Shown: piece by piece, positions 50,255-63,645 of the stretch | Numbering within the stretch: the first letter of the stretch is position 1 | Layout: the number at the start of each line of letters is the position of its first letter | DNA from: Podarcis bocagei | Taxonomy: Eukaryota | NCBI GenBank assembly: GCA_964188305.1 | Contig: OZ076886.1 | Direction: 5' to 3' (one strand) | DNA: 64,000 nt | The notes under the pieces: generated by a model | What the model was told of the DNA's origin: nothing | Seen by the model: the letters and a program-made list of their open reading frames with translations, nothing else | The model's database searches: none | Translations under genes and position numbers: made by a program

Positions 50255-50804
50255 TGATACATCCCCCTAAATTTATTCTAGGGACCCCCCCAGTCATGTG
50301 GGGAAGGTGTGGGGCATGCACAGGAGGAGGGAAAGAACCAGTGTGGTGTAGTGCTTAGAGTGTTGGACTAGGACCTGGAAGAGCTGGGTTCAAACCCCTA
50401 CTTGGCCATGGAACTTACTGGGTGACCTCCCGCCAGTCACTGTCTTTCAGCCTAACCTACCAAACAGGGTGGTTGTGAAGATAACATAGGGAGGAACAGG
50501 ACCGCATATGCCATCTTGAGCTCCTTTGGAGGAAAGGTGGGATATAAATGTGGTAGGCTCGTTGGTAAGGAAGGAAGGTTGGTTGGTTGTGCTAGCGGTA
50601 ATCCTTGCGCTAAGAGGGTGAATCAGTTGAATACAGTTGCTTTTCAGCCACCAATTTATATGATGAATTAGGTCAGGACTGAAATGTTTGAAGTCAGAAA
50701 ATTATTCTCATTTTATCTTTGTGCCTATTGCTACACAAGGGGGTCAGATTAAGAGACCAACTGAGAGAAGGGAGAGAAGACCTGCAAAATAGCCCAGGCT
50801 ACTA

Positions 50805-51064
50805 CAGTGGAACCTCAGTTTGCGAATGTGATCCATGCGGGAGGCACGTTCCCACCTGCAGTGTTCACAACCCACAGCGCCGCACCTGTGCATGTGTGTG
50901 ATGTGATACGGCACTTCTGCGCATGCGCAAAGCGAGATTTAGTGTTTCTGTGCATGCGTGAGTGCCGAAACCCAGAAGTAACCTGTTCCGGTATTTCCAG
51001 GTTTCGGCATGTCTATAACCTGAAAACGCGTAACCTGAAGCGTCTGTAACCTGAGGTATCACTG
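50805..51064. mobile_element. Tigger-type MITE
   Basis: TA|CAGTGGAACCTCAGTT ... AACCTGAGGTATCACTG|TA. Confidence 0.85.
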
Positions 51065-52957
51065 TACTCTGAGGAAACCGAGTGGAGCACAGAGAAGAAA
51101 CAAGTCAAAGGAATAAAGAGAACGAGAAATTAATATGGCACACTATCAAGCCAGAGTTAAGATTTGAGAATGTGATTGACACTTTAATGGAAATAAGTAG
51201 TAAATAAAAGTGCTTAAATTTTACTGGCCCATGCCCATGACTTTTAGTTTTATTAAGGCTACCAAGTCAAGTTCAACTCCTTTTTAATAAACATTCAGTG
51301 TCTCACAGAACAGGAGGGGTCTGTTGACAAAAATGTTAGTTTTAGTGTTGTTCCTCTGCCATCTGTGGTGGCACCTCAGCCATGTAATACTCTTCCCAGG
51401 GAGGCTCGCCTGGTGCCAACTTTGATGTCATTTTGGCACCAGGAAATGTCCTTTATTTACTTTCCCAGGCTTTTAATCCTCTGTACATCGCTTTTATGCC
51501 GCTTGTGATGTGTGTTTTTAATTCCCTTCAGAGAGCTATATTTCCCAGAGTTCCCCAGTAAGAGCAATTGCTTGTTAAACCACTCCAGGAATTATAGCTC
51601 TGATAGGGGTCACCTAAAACAATTCTCAGCACCCTTAAGACAAACATTGGCTCCCGGGATTCTTTGAGGGAATCCATGTTTAAATTGGTCTAGAGTGCAG
51701 ATAGAACCTGAAGAAAACTCAGTGGACGGGGGCAGGCCTAGCCTAATGGTAAGCACATGCAGTGCCTGCAGAATGTCCCCCTGGCCTCTCCAGCCAAAAG
51801 GATTAAGAGGTAGCTGATAGGGAGAACATTGGCCTGAGACCCTGAAAAGACAGAGAAGATAATACTAGGCGAGATGGACAAGCATTCTGCCCTGGGAAAA
51901 GGCAGCTTCATGTGTTCCCAGGTGTTTTGGGGTTTTTCCAGTTGGAAATTCACAACCGTGAATTCCAAAGTACATCTCATGAAATCCAAACTAACAGTGA
52001 ACGGCAGTTGTACTGCACATACGTTGTTCAAAAAAAAAATGGGGGGATCCTGTCATTTAGATTCTCAAACTTAATTCTGTGCCTCAGTTTCCTTATTGTC
52101 AGGTAGGATGATGATTAAGGTAATTGTAATGACTGATTAGCTCAGGGCTGAGGAATCCTGTGGCCCTCCAGATTTCTTGAACTCCAGCTCCCATCAAGCC
52201 CTGCCAGGATGGTTAATGGTCAGGGATGATGGGAGTTGGAGTCCATCTGGAAGCCCCCACCCCACCCCTGGATTAGCTTAATTCAAAAGAAAGCAGCAAG
52301 GCCTCTTTCCCTAAAATGTGCAGAGAATTCAGAGACTCCCTGACTCACAGTGTATTTTACTACTACATTATTATAAAGTATTAGTGGTGCTTTGACTATT
52401 AGCAGCATAAATAACTGTCAGGCTTGTTTATGTCAAGTAATAAGTAATGATCAGATGATATATTACCTCTGATTATTTTCCTTCCCAATCGGTTGGACTT
52501 GTATGATCCTGTTTGTGTGTGTGTCTGGAAAGCAAAAATGTACTTTGCCATTTCCACATTTGGAATGAGAAGGAGAGGAAAAGGTGAAGAGTGACAGATG
52601 TCTACATTATCAGTGCTGGCATGAGTTATATCTGGTCTCAAAATGCCACTGAAGAGAGAAAGTGAAGGTGTGAAGATGAATTTACAGAGACCAATTTTTG
52701 GATGCTCTTGATAAGCAGGTGCTAACTGCTGAAGATGGGCAACTTCAAGGCCCCTGCTGGTCTCTCCTTTTATAGGGCTGCATGCAGACCATAACTTCCT
52801 CCAAAGAATCCTGGGAATTGTAGTTTGCTAAGGGTGCTGGGAATCATAGCTTTGTGAAGTATAAAAATGCAACCTAGTTCTTAGTCCTTAAATTGACAGA
52901 GCAGTCCTTCAACCCCCCTGTAACATCTGAGGCTCAATTTAGACATTGCAGTAAGCT

Positions 52958-53491
52958 AAAAAGGTAAAAGACCTCTGGATGGTTAAGTCCAGTCAAAGGT
53001 GAGGGAGCCAGCATTTGTCCACAGACAGCTTTCCAAATCATGTAGCCAGCATGACTAAACTGCTTCTGGCACAACAGGACACTGTGACGAGTGCCAGAGT
53101 GCATGGAAACACCATTGACCTTCCCACCGCAGTGGTACCTACAGTGGTACCTCGGGTTAAGAACTTAATTCGTTCTGGAGGTCCGTTCTTAACCTGAAAC
53201 TGTTCTTAACCTGAGGTACCACTTTAGCTAATAGGGTCCTCCCGCTGCCGCTGTGCTGCAGTTGCACGATTTCTGTTCTCATCCTGAAGCAAAGTTCTTA
53301 ACCCGAGGTACTATTTCTGGGTTAGTGGAGTCTGTAACCTGAAGTGTCTGTAACCTGAAGCGTCTGTAACCCGAGGTACCACTGTATTTATCTACTTGCA
53401 CTGGTGTGCTTTTGAACTGCTAGGTTGGCAGAAGCTGGGACAGAGCAACGGGAGCTCACCCTGTCGTGGGGATTCGAACCGCCAACCTTCT
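52958..53491 (-). mobile_element. Sauria SINE split by a MITE
   Basis: SINE sequence is continuous across 53141/53385. Confidence 0.85.
53142..53384. mobile_element. Tigger-type MITE nested in the SINE
   Basis: TIR CAGTGGTACCTCGGGTTA at both ends; TA TSD. Confidence 0.9.
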
Positions 53492-54257
53492 GTAAACTCC
53501 AGCAACAAAATAGGCAGAAGAGACATTTGGGTAAACTGGTGCTTCCATCCAAGAGCTGATCATCTTGCTGTTGAAATTTATACCACTGAAGCAGCTTGAA
53601 AACAGACCACCACAAATTGCGGCTGCCATTGCGTTGGTTTTTTAAAATACTACTTGGAAATGAACGCTGCTAGACCTGAGCCAAGGAGTGATGTGCTACT
53701 CCAGAGAAACTCATGTAAGAGTCACTAGCCATGTTTTGATAATCGTATATTGGCTTAATGAATGAGTTTCATGCTCCCACGGAGCCATGCCACTCTTCCC
53801 TTTGTGTGAGCTGTCAAACTAATCAGAAAGGGTTTGGTTAACTGTAGTCTCTTCTTTCATCTAAACTCAGAAACCATGGTTAGCAGCTTTCGAAGAAGCC
53901 AGGAGATCTGAAGTCAACTTCAAACCTGTCTCATCCCAAAGCCATACTATTGCTTCCTGATTTGGGTGAAATGGGAAACTGTAGTTTAAGGTGGGCAACA
54001 GTTTTTAGCCTGAGGCTTATATGGTCAACCTTCCAGTGGTGGGCAGAACCAGAGGCAAAAGTGGGGGGGAGGACAGGAGGTGTGGCTTTTATCTTTGTAC
54101 AGTAGGCTGCATTCCAGCCATGCAAAGTGTTGAAACAAACACCCACACAAATTTCTCCATCCAGACCAGCAAAAGGACATACTAATTCCAGGCAAAAGCA
54201 CTTGAAGATAGTATGGAGCAGAGCCAGTGAGTCCTGAGGGCCAGAAAGACAGGCCTG

Positions 54258-54506
54258 CTGTTGTTTAGTCATTTAGTTGTGTCCAACTCTTCGTGATCCC
54301 ATGGACCAGCACACGCCAGGCACTCCTGTCTTCCACTGCCTCCCGCAGTTTGGTCAAACTCATGCTGGTAGCTTTGAGAACACTGTCCAACCATCTCGTC
54401 CTGTCGTCCCCTTCTCCTTGTGCCCTCAATCTTTCCCAACATCAGGGTCTTTTCCAGGGAGTCTTCTCTTCTCATGAGGTGGCCAAAGTATTGGATCCTC
54501 AGCTTC
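54258..54506 (-). mobile_element. Bov-B LINE 3' fragment
   Basis: QYFGHLMRREDSLEKTLMLGKIEGTRRRGRQ. Confidence 0.9.
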
Positions 54507-55166
54507 ACGACAGCTTCAAGACAGGCCTGGAGGACTGCATTTGGCCCACGGACCTGAGATTTCCCACCCTTGCTATTGAAGGTTTCCTGGCTTGTTGCTC
54601 ACCCACACAAAGGGAGGAGTGAAGTGGCTGCATACAGAATCACAATGCTTGCTCATATCTTAGGTTATTAAACCAAGGTGTGATCATCTGAATGTGACTC
54701 ACATTGTGTCTGAACTGAGCAGAGTAGCAATTGAGCTTCTCCAATACAGAGTTGGGCCCAAAGGACCGGAAGCCACTGGAGCTTCTTCCACAACTAACCA
54801 AAACATCCACGCAGGCATGTGCAAGCAGAGCGATGACATTTCTGCTATCTAATCTGCTAATTTATCCATTTATCTGTCTTTATTGCCCTGGGGCACAGTT
54901 TTTCTGAAGACAGCGCAAACCTCTTTGTTTACTTTATAGGACTCCTACTTCTCACAAAGAACCGTCACAATGTTTACAATACTCATATCAAAATGGCTAT
55001 AATTGAAGGGTGGAGTATTGTACCCTCCACCCTGAAGCAAAGCCAGGCCCACGATATTCATAAGAGAGCTAGAGTATCTGATTGTAGGTTGGGTTGGGTG
55101 CAGGGTGGGGAGAGATTTACTGAATCGTAAAGATGTTTGGGGAAAACTGCCCTGATTTACATCATA

Positions 55167-55546
55167 AAGGTAAAGGACCCCTGACAGTTAAGTCCAGTTG
55201 CAGATGACTCTGGGGTTGTGGCGCTCATCTCGCTTTACATGCCGAGGAAGCCGACGTTTGTCTGCTGACAGTTTTTCTGGGTCATGTGGCCAGCATGACT
55301 AAGCCACTTCTGGCGCAACAGAACACCAAAACCAGAGCAGTGCACGGAAACACTGTTTACCTTCCTGCCGGAGTGGTACCTATTTATCTACTTGGACTTT
55401 TTGGTGTGCTTTTGAACTGCTAGGTTGGCAGGAGCTGGGACCGAGCAACGGGAGCTCACCCCGTCACGGGGATTTGAACTGCTGACCTTCTGATCAGGAA
55501 GCCCAAGAGGCTCAGTGGTTTAGACCACAGTGCCACCCGTGTCCCT
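55167..55546 (-). mobile_element. Full-length Sauria SINE
   Basis: Both ends present; TSD TGATT(T/C)ACATCATA at 55153-55166 and 55549-55562. Confidence 0.9.
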
Positions 55547-58396
55547 TTTGATTCACATCATAGAGCATTTTAAAGGAAAGTTGCCTGCTGCTTCTCTGCT
55601 CTTGGAATCCCAATGCATGCCAGTGCCATCAGTGTAAGGCCCCTTCCCAATCTTTTCAGTAGCAGTGGAGAAAGCTTTTAGAGGAAAACAGCTTGGCCAA
55701 ACTTCTGTGAGTGCAATGGAACCTCTCCCCGCTTTCCTCCCCCAACAACCTGCTTTGGTGGTTTGAGGGATTGCAGCCTTAGCCCTTTATTCAAATCATA
55801 TACGGCTTGTTCACATGTTTCACTGAACACAGGTTCAAGCTGTCTCCACACATGTGCAAGTGCTTGTGCAAAAGAGTGTATCCTTGCTGATTTGGGCAGC
55901 ACAAATGTTGTGTGCACAGGTACACAGATGGTACACTCATTAAATGTAAAGTGTATATTTGCACTTATATTTACCCTATATTTACCAACCATAAGAAATG
56001 TGTTGCAAATATGGGTGGAATAGCCAGGGGCCATTCCAAATAAGAAATTTCAAACAAAAATGCTCAACACTCCAGTTTTTAGATGGTTACCCATATCATG
56101 TTGCTGCAGGCTGTTTGGCAATTAGGAAAATATTTCAGTGCTCTAAAAAGCAAAATTTTTGGGTTTGGGGGTTGGGTTTTTTGTGTTTTAAGTGAACTTG
56201 CAATTCAAAGGCTGTTAGGAAAGCAGTTAACTGTACATTTTGCCTGTGTTGCTCCATCCAGTTGAGTCTATTTCCCCCAAAAAGCTCATACACCACCACC
56301 ACCACCACCACCACCCCAAGCATACCCTGCCAAATCCAGTGTAAATTCAATCCTGGATAAGCACTCACAAATACACTTGGTCAACAAAAACACACTTTGC
56401 TTTGGCATGCTGATTTAGAATTAACCATGAAAAATCAAGAAGTGAAATTGAAACTGGTTTGTCATGGCATTTCCCAAAGAAAATTAAGTAGGGAGAGAAG
56501 TGACACAAAATGCAAAATGGCACACAAGACTTCTCGCCCCCTGCAAATAAAAAAATATGGTGTAGAAAGATAGTTACTTCACATGCATCACAGAGGTTGG
56601 GAAGCTGTGCAGGTCAGCATAGACTTTTGTAGTTGACACCAAACACTGCATACATTACCAGGAGCAGCCATTGGAGTGGCTTCCAGATGTTGTTGGACTA
56701 CAACTCCCATTAGTCCTTGCTAGCATGGCCAAATGCAATGGATGATGGGAGTTGTAGTCCAACAACATCTGAAGGCACCATGTTGTCTACACCTGCTCTA
56801 CATTCAAATGGCCAAACAACATGTGATGCTAAACATACCACTGGGAAGCATGTCAGGTTTTAAAAATTATAATAGTAGGCAAGTCTCCCTATTTTCATCA
56901 GGACCACAACATACAGAAAGAGTCATTTTAATCCTTACTTTCCCAGCCTCACTATAAATGAAACACATCCTGCCCCCACCCCCACTTCTGCCCTGTTTTT
57001 TTAGCCTTTAGAGAGAAAGCTCCTATTGTCCATGCTTGTGATTTTCCTATCTGCTCTATCCCTTGATCTGGATGGAGATATCATGGAAAGACACTGATAT
57101 TAGAAACCCACATACTCTGTTAGAAGGATGATCCCTGGGAGAATGGAATCCAGTACAAAACTGATACTAATTTGAGCATTCTCTGTATGAACCAGAAACT
57201 GGCTTCAGTGAACTCCCAATTTTCTTGACCCAGGGACAAGGGAATCACACTCAAAACAGCCCCTGTTGCCCCTATTCAAACTGAGATAGGACAACAATCA
57301 TAGTATAAAATGGAATTTTCTCAGGCTGCCTGCTATTTACCTGAGTATCTGATAAGCACTTTATCAGAGGTCAGATTTTTTCTGCACCCAAAAAATTATC
57401 ATCAAACGTATTCACCAAAGGAAATTAAATCCCTAACTGATCCCTTGACCACCGGCAGTTTTGCCCAACACATCTTCAAGTTTCAGAGCCTTTACTAGGT
57501 ACTTCCCTGACCTAAGAAAGACCTCAATAACCACAGGAACTAGAAACTTGTTGAGATTCCCAGCAAGCCCAATTCTGCACCACAATGTCTATGCCTGGGG
57601 CATCTGAGTAATCTTGGCCTTGACCACAATTAACAGAATAAACCCTATTTTTCTTCTTGACAGGCTGTTGTCTCCCCTTTGCCACAGGATTCAGTTTAAG
57701 AGCTGGCTTTGTTTCTGCTTCAGTCTTCTTCCTTGCAGTCCTCTGTTAACCTAAAAGTTGGGATTTTCTTAAAAGGTGAATCTGTTAAACACCAGGGCAG
57801 GGAAAGATATCTCCTGTATTTTTATCCAGATATTTTTAAATGAATTCTAATAACAATAAAAAGTTACAGAAAAAGAAGGAATGAAAGAAAAATTAGGTTT
57901 TTTAAGGATAAACTGTTACCAAAAAAAAGGGTGTGAATACAGCTATGTAAATAATTGAGTCAATAATAAAACATACCAAGAAGAAAAGGATGTGTGGCCT
58001 ATAATGATAAAGGGTTCCATAGTCCAAATAATAATTTAAAAATTCAGAAACGAAAATACAAATAATATTGAATTGAATATAATTGAATTGAATAATATTG
58101 AATATTAAATGAAGACAGTCACATAGACATGTGGTACCTGACACACCTGAGCCACTGTACTCACATATAAAATCAAATTAGACCAAATGGCAAAGCAGTG
58201 AACTTGAGGACTTTGACCTCTGGGCAAATTTTATGTGAGATTTTTTTCAAGAAGGCTGATTTGCCAGGTCTTGGAATACCAATAATCCAGATTACTGAGA
58301 TCAAGGTGTGAAATCAGTTCCTTGTTATTCAGGTTTTCATCAAAGTCTGCAAACAAATTCAAAGGGGCCAGACAAGGAGAGGAGTTCCTCCTGTAA

Positions 58397-58765
58397 AAGG
58401 TAAAGAAAAAGCTAAATGACCCCTGGACAGTTAAGTCCAGTCAAAGACAACAATTGGGTTGCAGCATTCATCTCACTTTCAGGCCAAGGGAGCTGGCATT
58501 TGTCTGCAGACAGCTTTCTGGGTCATGTGGCCAGCATGACTAAACCACTTCTGGCACAACAGGACACTGTGACGAGTGCTAAAACACATGGAAACACCAT
58601 TGACCTTCCCACTGCAGTGGAACCTATTTATCTACTTGCACTAGCATGCTTTTGAATGGCTAGGTTGGCAGAAACTGAGACAGAGCAACGGGAGCTCACT
58701 CGGTTGCGGGGATTTGAACCGCCAACCTTCTGATCGGCAAGCCCAAGAGACCACAGGGCCACCCT
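58397..58765 (-). mobile_element. Sauria SINE
   Basis: Same subfamily as 52958-53491 but without the MITE. Confidence 0.85.
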
Positions 58766-59185
58766 ATCCAGTTCCTCCTGTATAATGTGTCCACAAACCC
58801 ATGTCTGCAAGCATATATACATGTAACAAGGAACTGTAGTCAGTCCTAGTCCTTTTATGCATATTCGTATCATATATGCTTTGCCCGTTAGTCTCCTAAA
58901 CACACTTTACATGTTCATGTGTACACACATCCAAAGCGAACACTGATGTACACACTGAGTTGTACACTTTGACTAGGCATTGGAAGAAATTTCCTGATGA
59001 TAAGAGAATAAGGGAACCAATTACCTTGTGCTGCATAGGGTGGGATTCCTCTCATGAGGTATTCAAGCAGAGATGTCTGCTGCGGATATTCTGACTCCGG
59101 ATTTATAATTCGGGGTTGGGTGCCACCCAGCTCTCTGTTTCTATTAACTTAGTTATACAGATTCATATATGTACATGTTCTTTGG

Positions 59186-59641
59186 TAAGGATGGGGGAAG
59201 AAGTTTGACTCAGTTCCGATTTAAAGGCAAACCTACTTAATTTTCACTTTCTGAAACAATAGGCAAAGTGAAACACAGCCATCTTTCAAAACTTGCACCT
59301 CTTTGAATTTTGTAGTGCAGTTTTCCAGCCAATTGATGTCCGCAAAAGTGCATAAACTAGGGTAAAGTGTGCCTATAAGCAAATCTTTCGAGTGAAAATA
59401 GCATACAAAGATGCATTATATTAGGGGAAACTGCTTTGCAAAAAGGTGTACATTAGGCAAAATGGCCTATAAAAGTGGAAATATTAGGAGAAAATTGCAT
59501 TAAATGCAAAATTATATTAAATCTCTTGAGGACTTAAAAAAAAAAGTTTACAAACTAGTGTGGAAAAACAGGGAACTGATCGTAAGTTTGGAAAAATAGG
59601 AAAGGGGAAGAAACTGAAATTGACAGGCTTGCCCATCCCTG
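59186..59641. mobile_element. Older hAT non-autonomous element
   Basis: TAAGGATGGG...CCCATCCCTG termini; 8-bp TSD TTCTTTGG; related fragment near 8756-9010. Confidence 0.75.
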
Positions 59642-60329
59642 TTCTTTGGTCTAGTGGAGTATTCCCTCTTGTTTTCTCCTATTCACCCGTTTATTGAGGC
59701 AGCTTCCAGGTAATGCTATCAGGGAGCCAGGTGGTGAGCACAGTAGCAGATTTCTGGGCAATGCTGGCTCGCTTCCTTGCATGAGATGGCAGGGATTCCT
59801 TTTCCTCCCCCACTTTTCCCAATCACCTGGACAAAGGCTGCCTATGTTGTTGCCACACAAGACCCACATGCAGCAACATGCCTACCCTCTCTCTAAAGGT
59901 TACAGGGAAGAATGAAGACGGAGGGGGAGGGAAATAACTCTTCCAGCTCCACAGATAAGTCAAGAAAGGGTCAGTTTTATTGGGGCTGTAAAAGTGCAAA
60001 GATCAGAAAGGCAACTGGGACAGAGATTACGGAGCATATGCAAAAATGGAAGCGAGGCTGAGGGAGTCGGGAGAGAGGTCAAGGGGAATTTATGGTGGGG
60101 GTTATCCAGACTGTGTAGTCACGTCCAGTATTTATTTTCCTACGAGATTTCCTACCCATCCTTCACCATAAGGTCCAAGGAACGGTTACCCAACAATATA
60201 GTCATACACTTATAACAACAAGCAAAACAGTTACAATGATGGAAGCAAGTAGAACAGTAAAATTGTTCTAACCAAAATCAAACCATTTTTCCCTCCTCAT
60301 TTCCTCCTCCTGTCTCTCTCTCTTTGGAA

Positions 60330-60770
60330 ATAATTTTTATTTGATTTTACAAGTGTAGAATTATACCAATTCAAAATACAAATCCATATTTAGAGATTTC
60401 TCTGAATCTCCTGACTCCCCCCCCTCCCCTCCATGGCTCCTATTGTCAACCTTTTCTACTGTCATAATCCATATTTTACATCTCTCCATATTGACCATGA
60501 TATTTGCTACATTACAAGTGTTATTGGAATCCTGCTAATGTTTTCATTTGCTTGCAGTGGTCTCCTAGAGAAATTATATATTTTTTGTCTTCTTGGTTCC
60601 TGAGTTTTTCAGTCAATTTTGCCATTTTGGCGTACTCCAACAGCTTGATTTGCCATTCCTCTCTGATAGGGACTTTATCTTCTTTCCATCTCAAATCAAA
60701 CACTATGGATGCTACAAAACAAAATACTTTCATGTCAAATGTCAGAATAAGGAGTTGTGTCTTTACTCTT
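60330..60770 (-). mobile_element. L1 3' remnant
   Basis: WKEDKVPIREEWQIKLLEYAKMAKLT. Confidence 0.75.
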
Positions 60771-61089
60771 GGGGCGAAAGCTGTACCACTGTGAAGGAAG
60801 GAAGGAGCTGCACACTTTAGGCGCTGCCAAACCGCACATTTATGGAAAACCGCATTTCTATGGAATCCTTACCAATTCAACAGACAAGGGTTTGCTCTCA
60901 ATTCAGATGTATTTTTGCTGAATGATTGATGCTGCCTTTAATGTTGTGTCAGGGAGTTTGGAAATTGTTTATGTACACCATCATGGAATCCATATTTTCA
61001 TCATGGTGCAAGGTGCAAAATGCACACTACTGTGGCTGCCCAGTGAAAGGGCTAGCAAGGGGATCTGTATGGAGACAGGTGTGTTGGGG

Positions 61090-61680
61090 CTTCTTCTTCT
61101 TCTTTGGCGATCACTTGTACCTGAGTAAGATTGTCTTCCATAAACACAGTTTTAACAATGAGTCCGTAAGTGACCGTGGAGGCCAATTCTGGATCCACAC
61201 GTCCTTCCACAGTGGGGACATTGGTTCCCAGGTGGGAGTTGATCACGGTGTGGATTTGCCAAGCGTGCCTTGCTCTTCGCACGTTTCTCCCTTGCGTCCT
61301 AAGTTTGAGTGTCTTCAAAGCCCATGACACCTTTGGTAAAGGCTGTTCTCCAGTTGGAGCGCTTGCAGGCAAGTGTTTCCCAGTTGTTAGTCTTTATAGT
61401 ACTTTTTTTTAAAGATTTGCCTTAGATTTGTCTTTAAACCTCTTTTGTTCACCACCAGCATTACGCTTTCCATTTTTAAGTTCGTAATAGAGTAGTTACT
61501 TTGGAAGACAAACAATTAGGCATCCGCACAACATGACCAGTCCAACGAAGTTGATGTTGAAGAATCATTGCTTCAACACTGGTGATCTTTGCTTCTTCCA
61601 GTACACTGGTATTAGTTTGCCTGTCTTCCCAAGTGATGTGTACAAATTTTCAGAGACACCGTTGATGGAATCTTTCGAGG
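61090..61680 (-). mobile_element. RTE-clade LINE 3' fragment
   Basis: Longer sister of 16960-17352 with the same C2H2 finger region and (GAA)n tail. Confidence 0.8.
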
Positions 61681-62406
61681 AGTTGGAGATGGCGTTTATA
61701 AGTACTTACAGGTGGTCAAGAATGAATTTACTCTGCACACATCACTGTTCCTTCCTTTGAAGCGACTATAATATAAATGGTCTAGCAGTTCATATGAAGT
61801 GTGCATGGCATCAAACTACCCCCATTTAAATGGACAGTTCCACAGAACTTCAGTCTTATCAGTTCAATCCTCTTAGAGAAATTATTTTTCTGGAGTTTAT
61901 TTTCTAATTTGCCAGCATCCCTTTTTTCTTCCAGTGTGCTGCATCTTTTAGATTGTAAGCACGTGGACCAGGAACTGCCTTGTTATTAATGCAAAGACAG
62001 CACTTAGTTAATTTTAGGCACTTATACTTCTAGCAGCAACAGTTGCAGTAGTAATAATATAACTTCCTTTCCCTCCCTATCACAATTTCATGGATGGCGT
62101 AAGAGAAGCAGAAGTAGAAACCAAGGCAGCAGAGGGAATGGGGTACCTTTAGTATCACCCGTCCTCATTATACCTGCAAACAGTGCAAAAAGGTTGGTAG
62201 TGCTCTTGTGATGTTCCAGTTTCTTTTACTGGGGCTTGTATGGGATAACTCCCCAGTATTGTTTTGGAACAGGTTCTGCAGCCATTTTGTTTGCGATTTT
62301 AATAGAAGACACCCAAATAGACAGCATTGCCAGTGTCCTCATTGCTGCTGCTGTAGGTCTCAAAGAATCAAAGGCCAACGTATTTTCACATTATAAAGAA
62401 AGGAAA

Positions 62407-62408
<2 letters not shown>

Positions 62409-62457
<49 letters not shown>
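62409..62457. repeat. (TG)n microsatellite
   Basis: Direct reading. Confidence 0.95.
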
Positions 62458-62461
<4 letters not shown>

Positions 62462-63645
62462 CATTCATTAAACTCCAGATGGATGAATTAGTCCTTGAGC
62501 ACAATATATAATTATTGGTCGCCAGTAATATTTCCCACATTTCAAAGAAATTCCTCTCCAGAACCTCACCCTTGTGCCAGCCTCTTCATTTGAATATGTC
62601 GTAGCCAGACTTGTAAATGTAGAGTCAAATGGGGTTTTAATTTAAGCTCACCAAGATGGCTGCTCAGTTAAAATGCTGAATTAATTAAAAACATAATGAG
62701 GTGCTTGGGAAGTGTACTTATATTTAAGAACCTGAAACCTTTAGTGAGGATCATGAGTCATTTGGCAGAGATCTCTTGGTGTTTACCTACCAGCACTTAA
62801 CACAGAACCACCTGTGTAGCTGGTGTGTCTTCTTCTTCTTCTTACCAATGTATTATTACAAGGAGGATTCCCAAACCACCAGAGCAAACAGCAAGGACAA
62901 AGTGGGGAGATTAGTAATGCTGGTTCTAGTATGGCCACAAAGCAAAACCCCACCCCTCTCTCCGTCCAGCCAGTCATAACACAGTATAGCAGGCACACCT
63001 GCCTGAGGCTCCCCGCTTCGGTCTTGGGCACACCTCTGTTGCTCTGCTTTTTCTCACCAGTTGCTGTATCAAAGATCAGCACCTTGCCTGGCCCCAGCAT
63101 CTGCAGATGACTAGCAAGCCTTTGCAAACCGGTTCCTTTGTTTTGGCAGCCTCCGTGCCTCCTTCTTTCCTGCCTGCTTGAGTTGCAAAGGGCTTCAGAC
63201 AACCTTCGCAAAGTCTGGAAGGTGGGGCCAATATGGGGCTTCTGATCCCAGAATCCCGCTCTGAAAATTCTTGAATTGAAGCTCATCATCATGGGTGGAT
63301 GCCCATGTCTACATTGCCAGGGATTAAAGCGGCGTAAATAGCATTCAGGGGAATTTCAGGAAATCGGCAAAATGTCCGGGATTTTCTTGACAGAAGCAGG
63401 AAATGCCTTTTTCTGGGTAATTCCTTTTTTAAAAAAGAAAAGCTCAAAGTCCGGAATTTTACTCCTTGAAATATGGCAACCCTAATGTTGCCTGGGTTTG
63501 TGAAACAAGGTAGGATACCTGGGTGTCCACAGGAATGCTTTGTGGTGGTATTGGGGGCAAAGTAAAAGACTGATAGGGGGAGCACACAAACACAAAGGAT
63601 GAGAATAATGCTGGTACATTTTACCTCATATCTAAGGTTATACAA

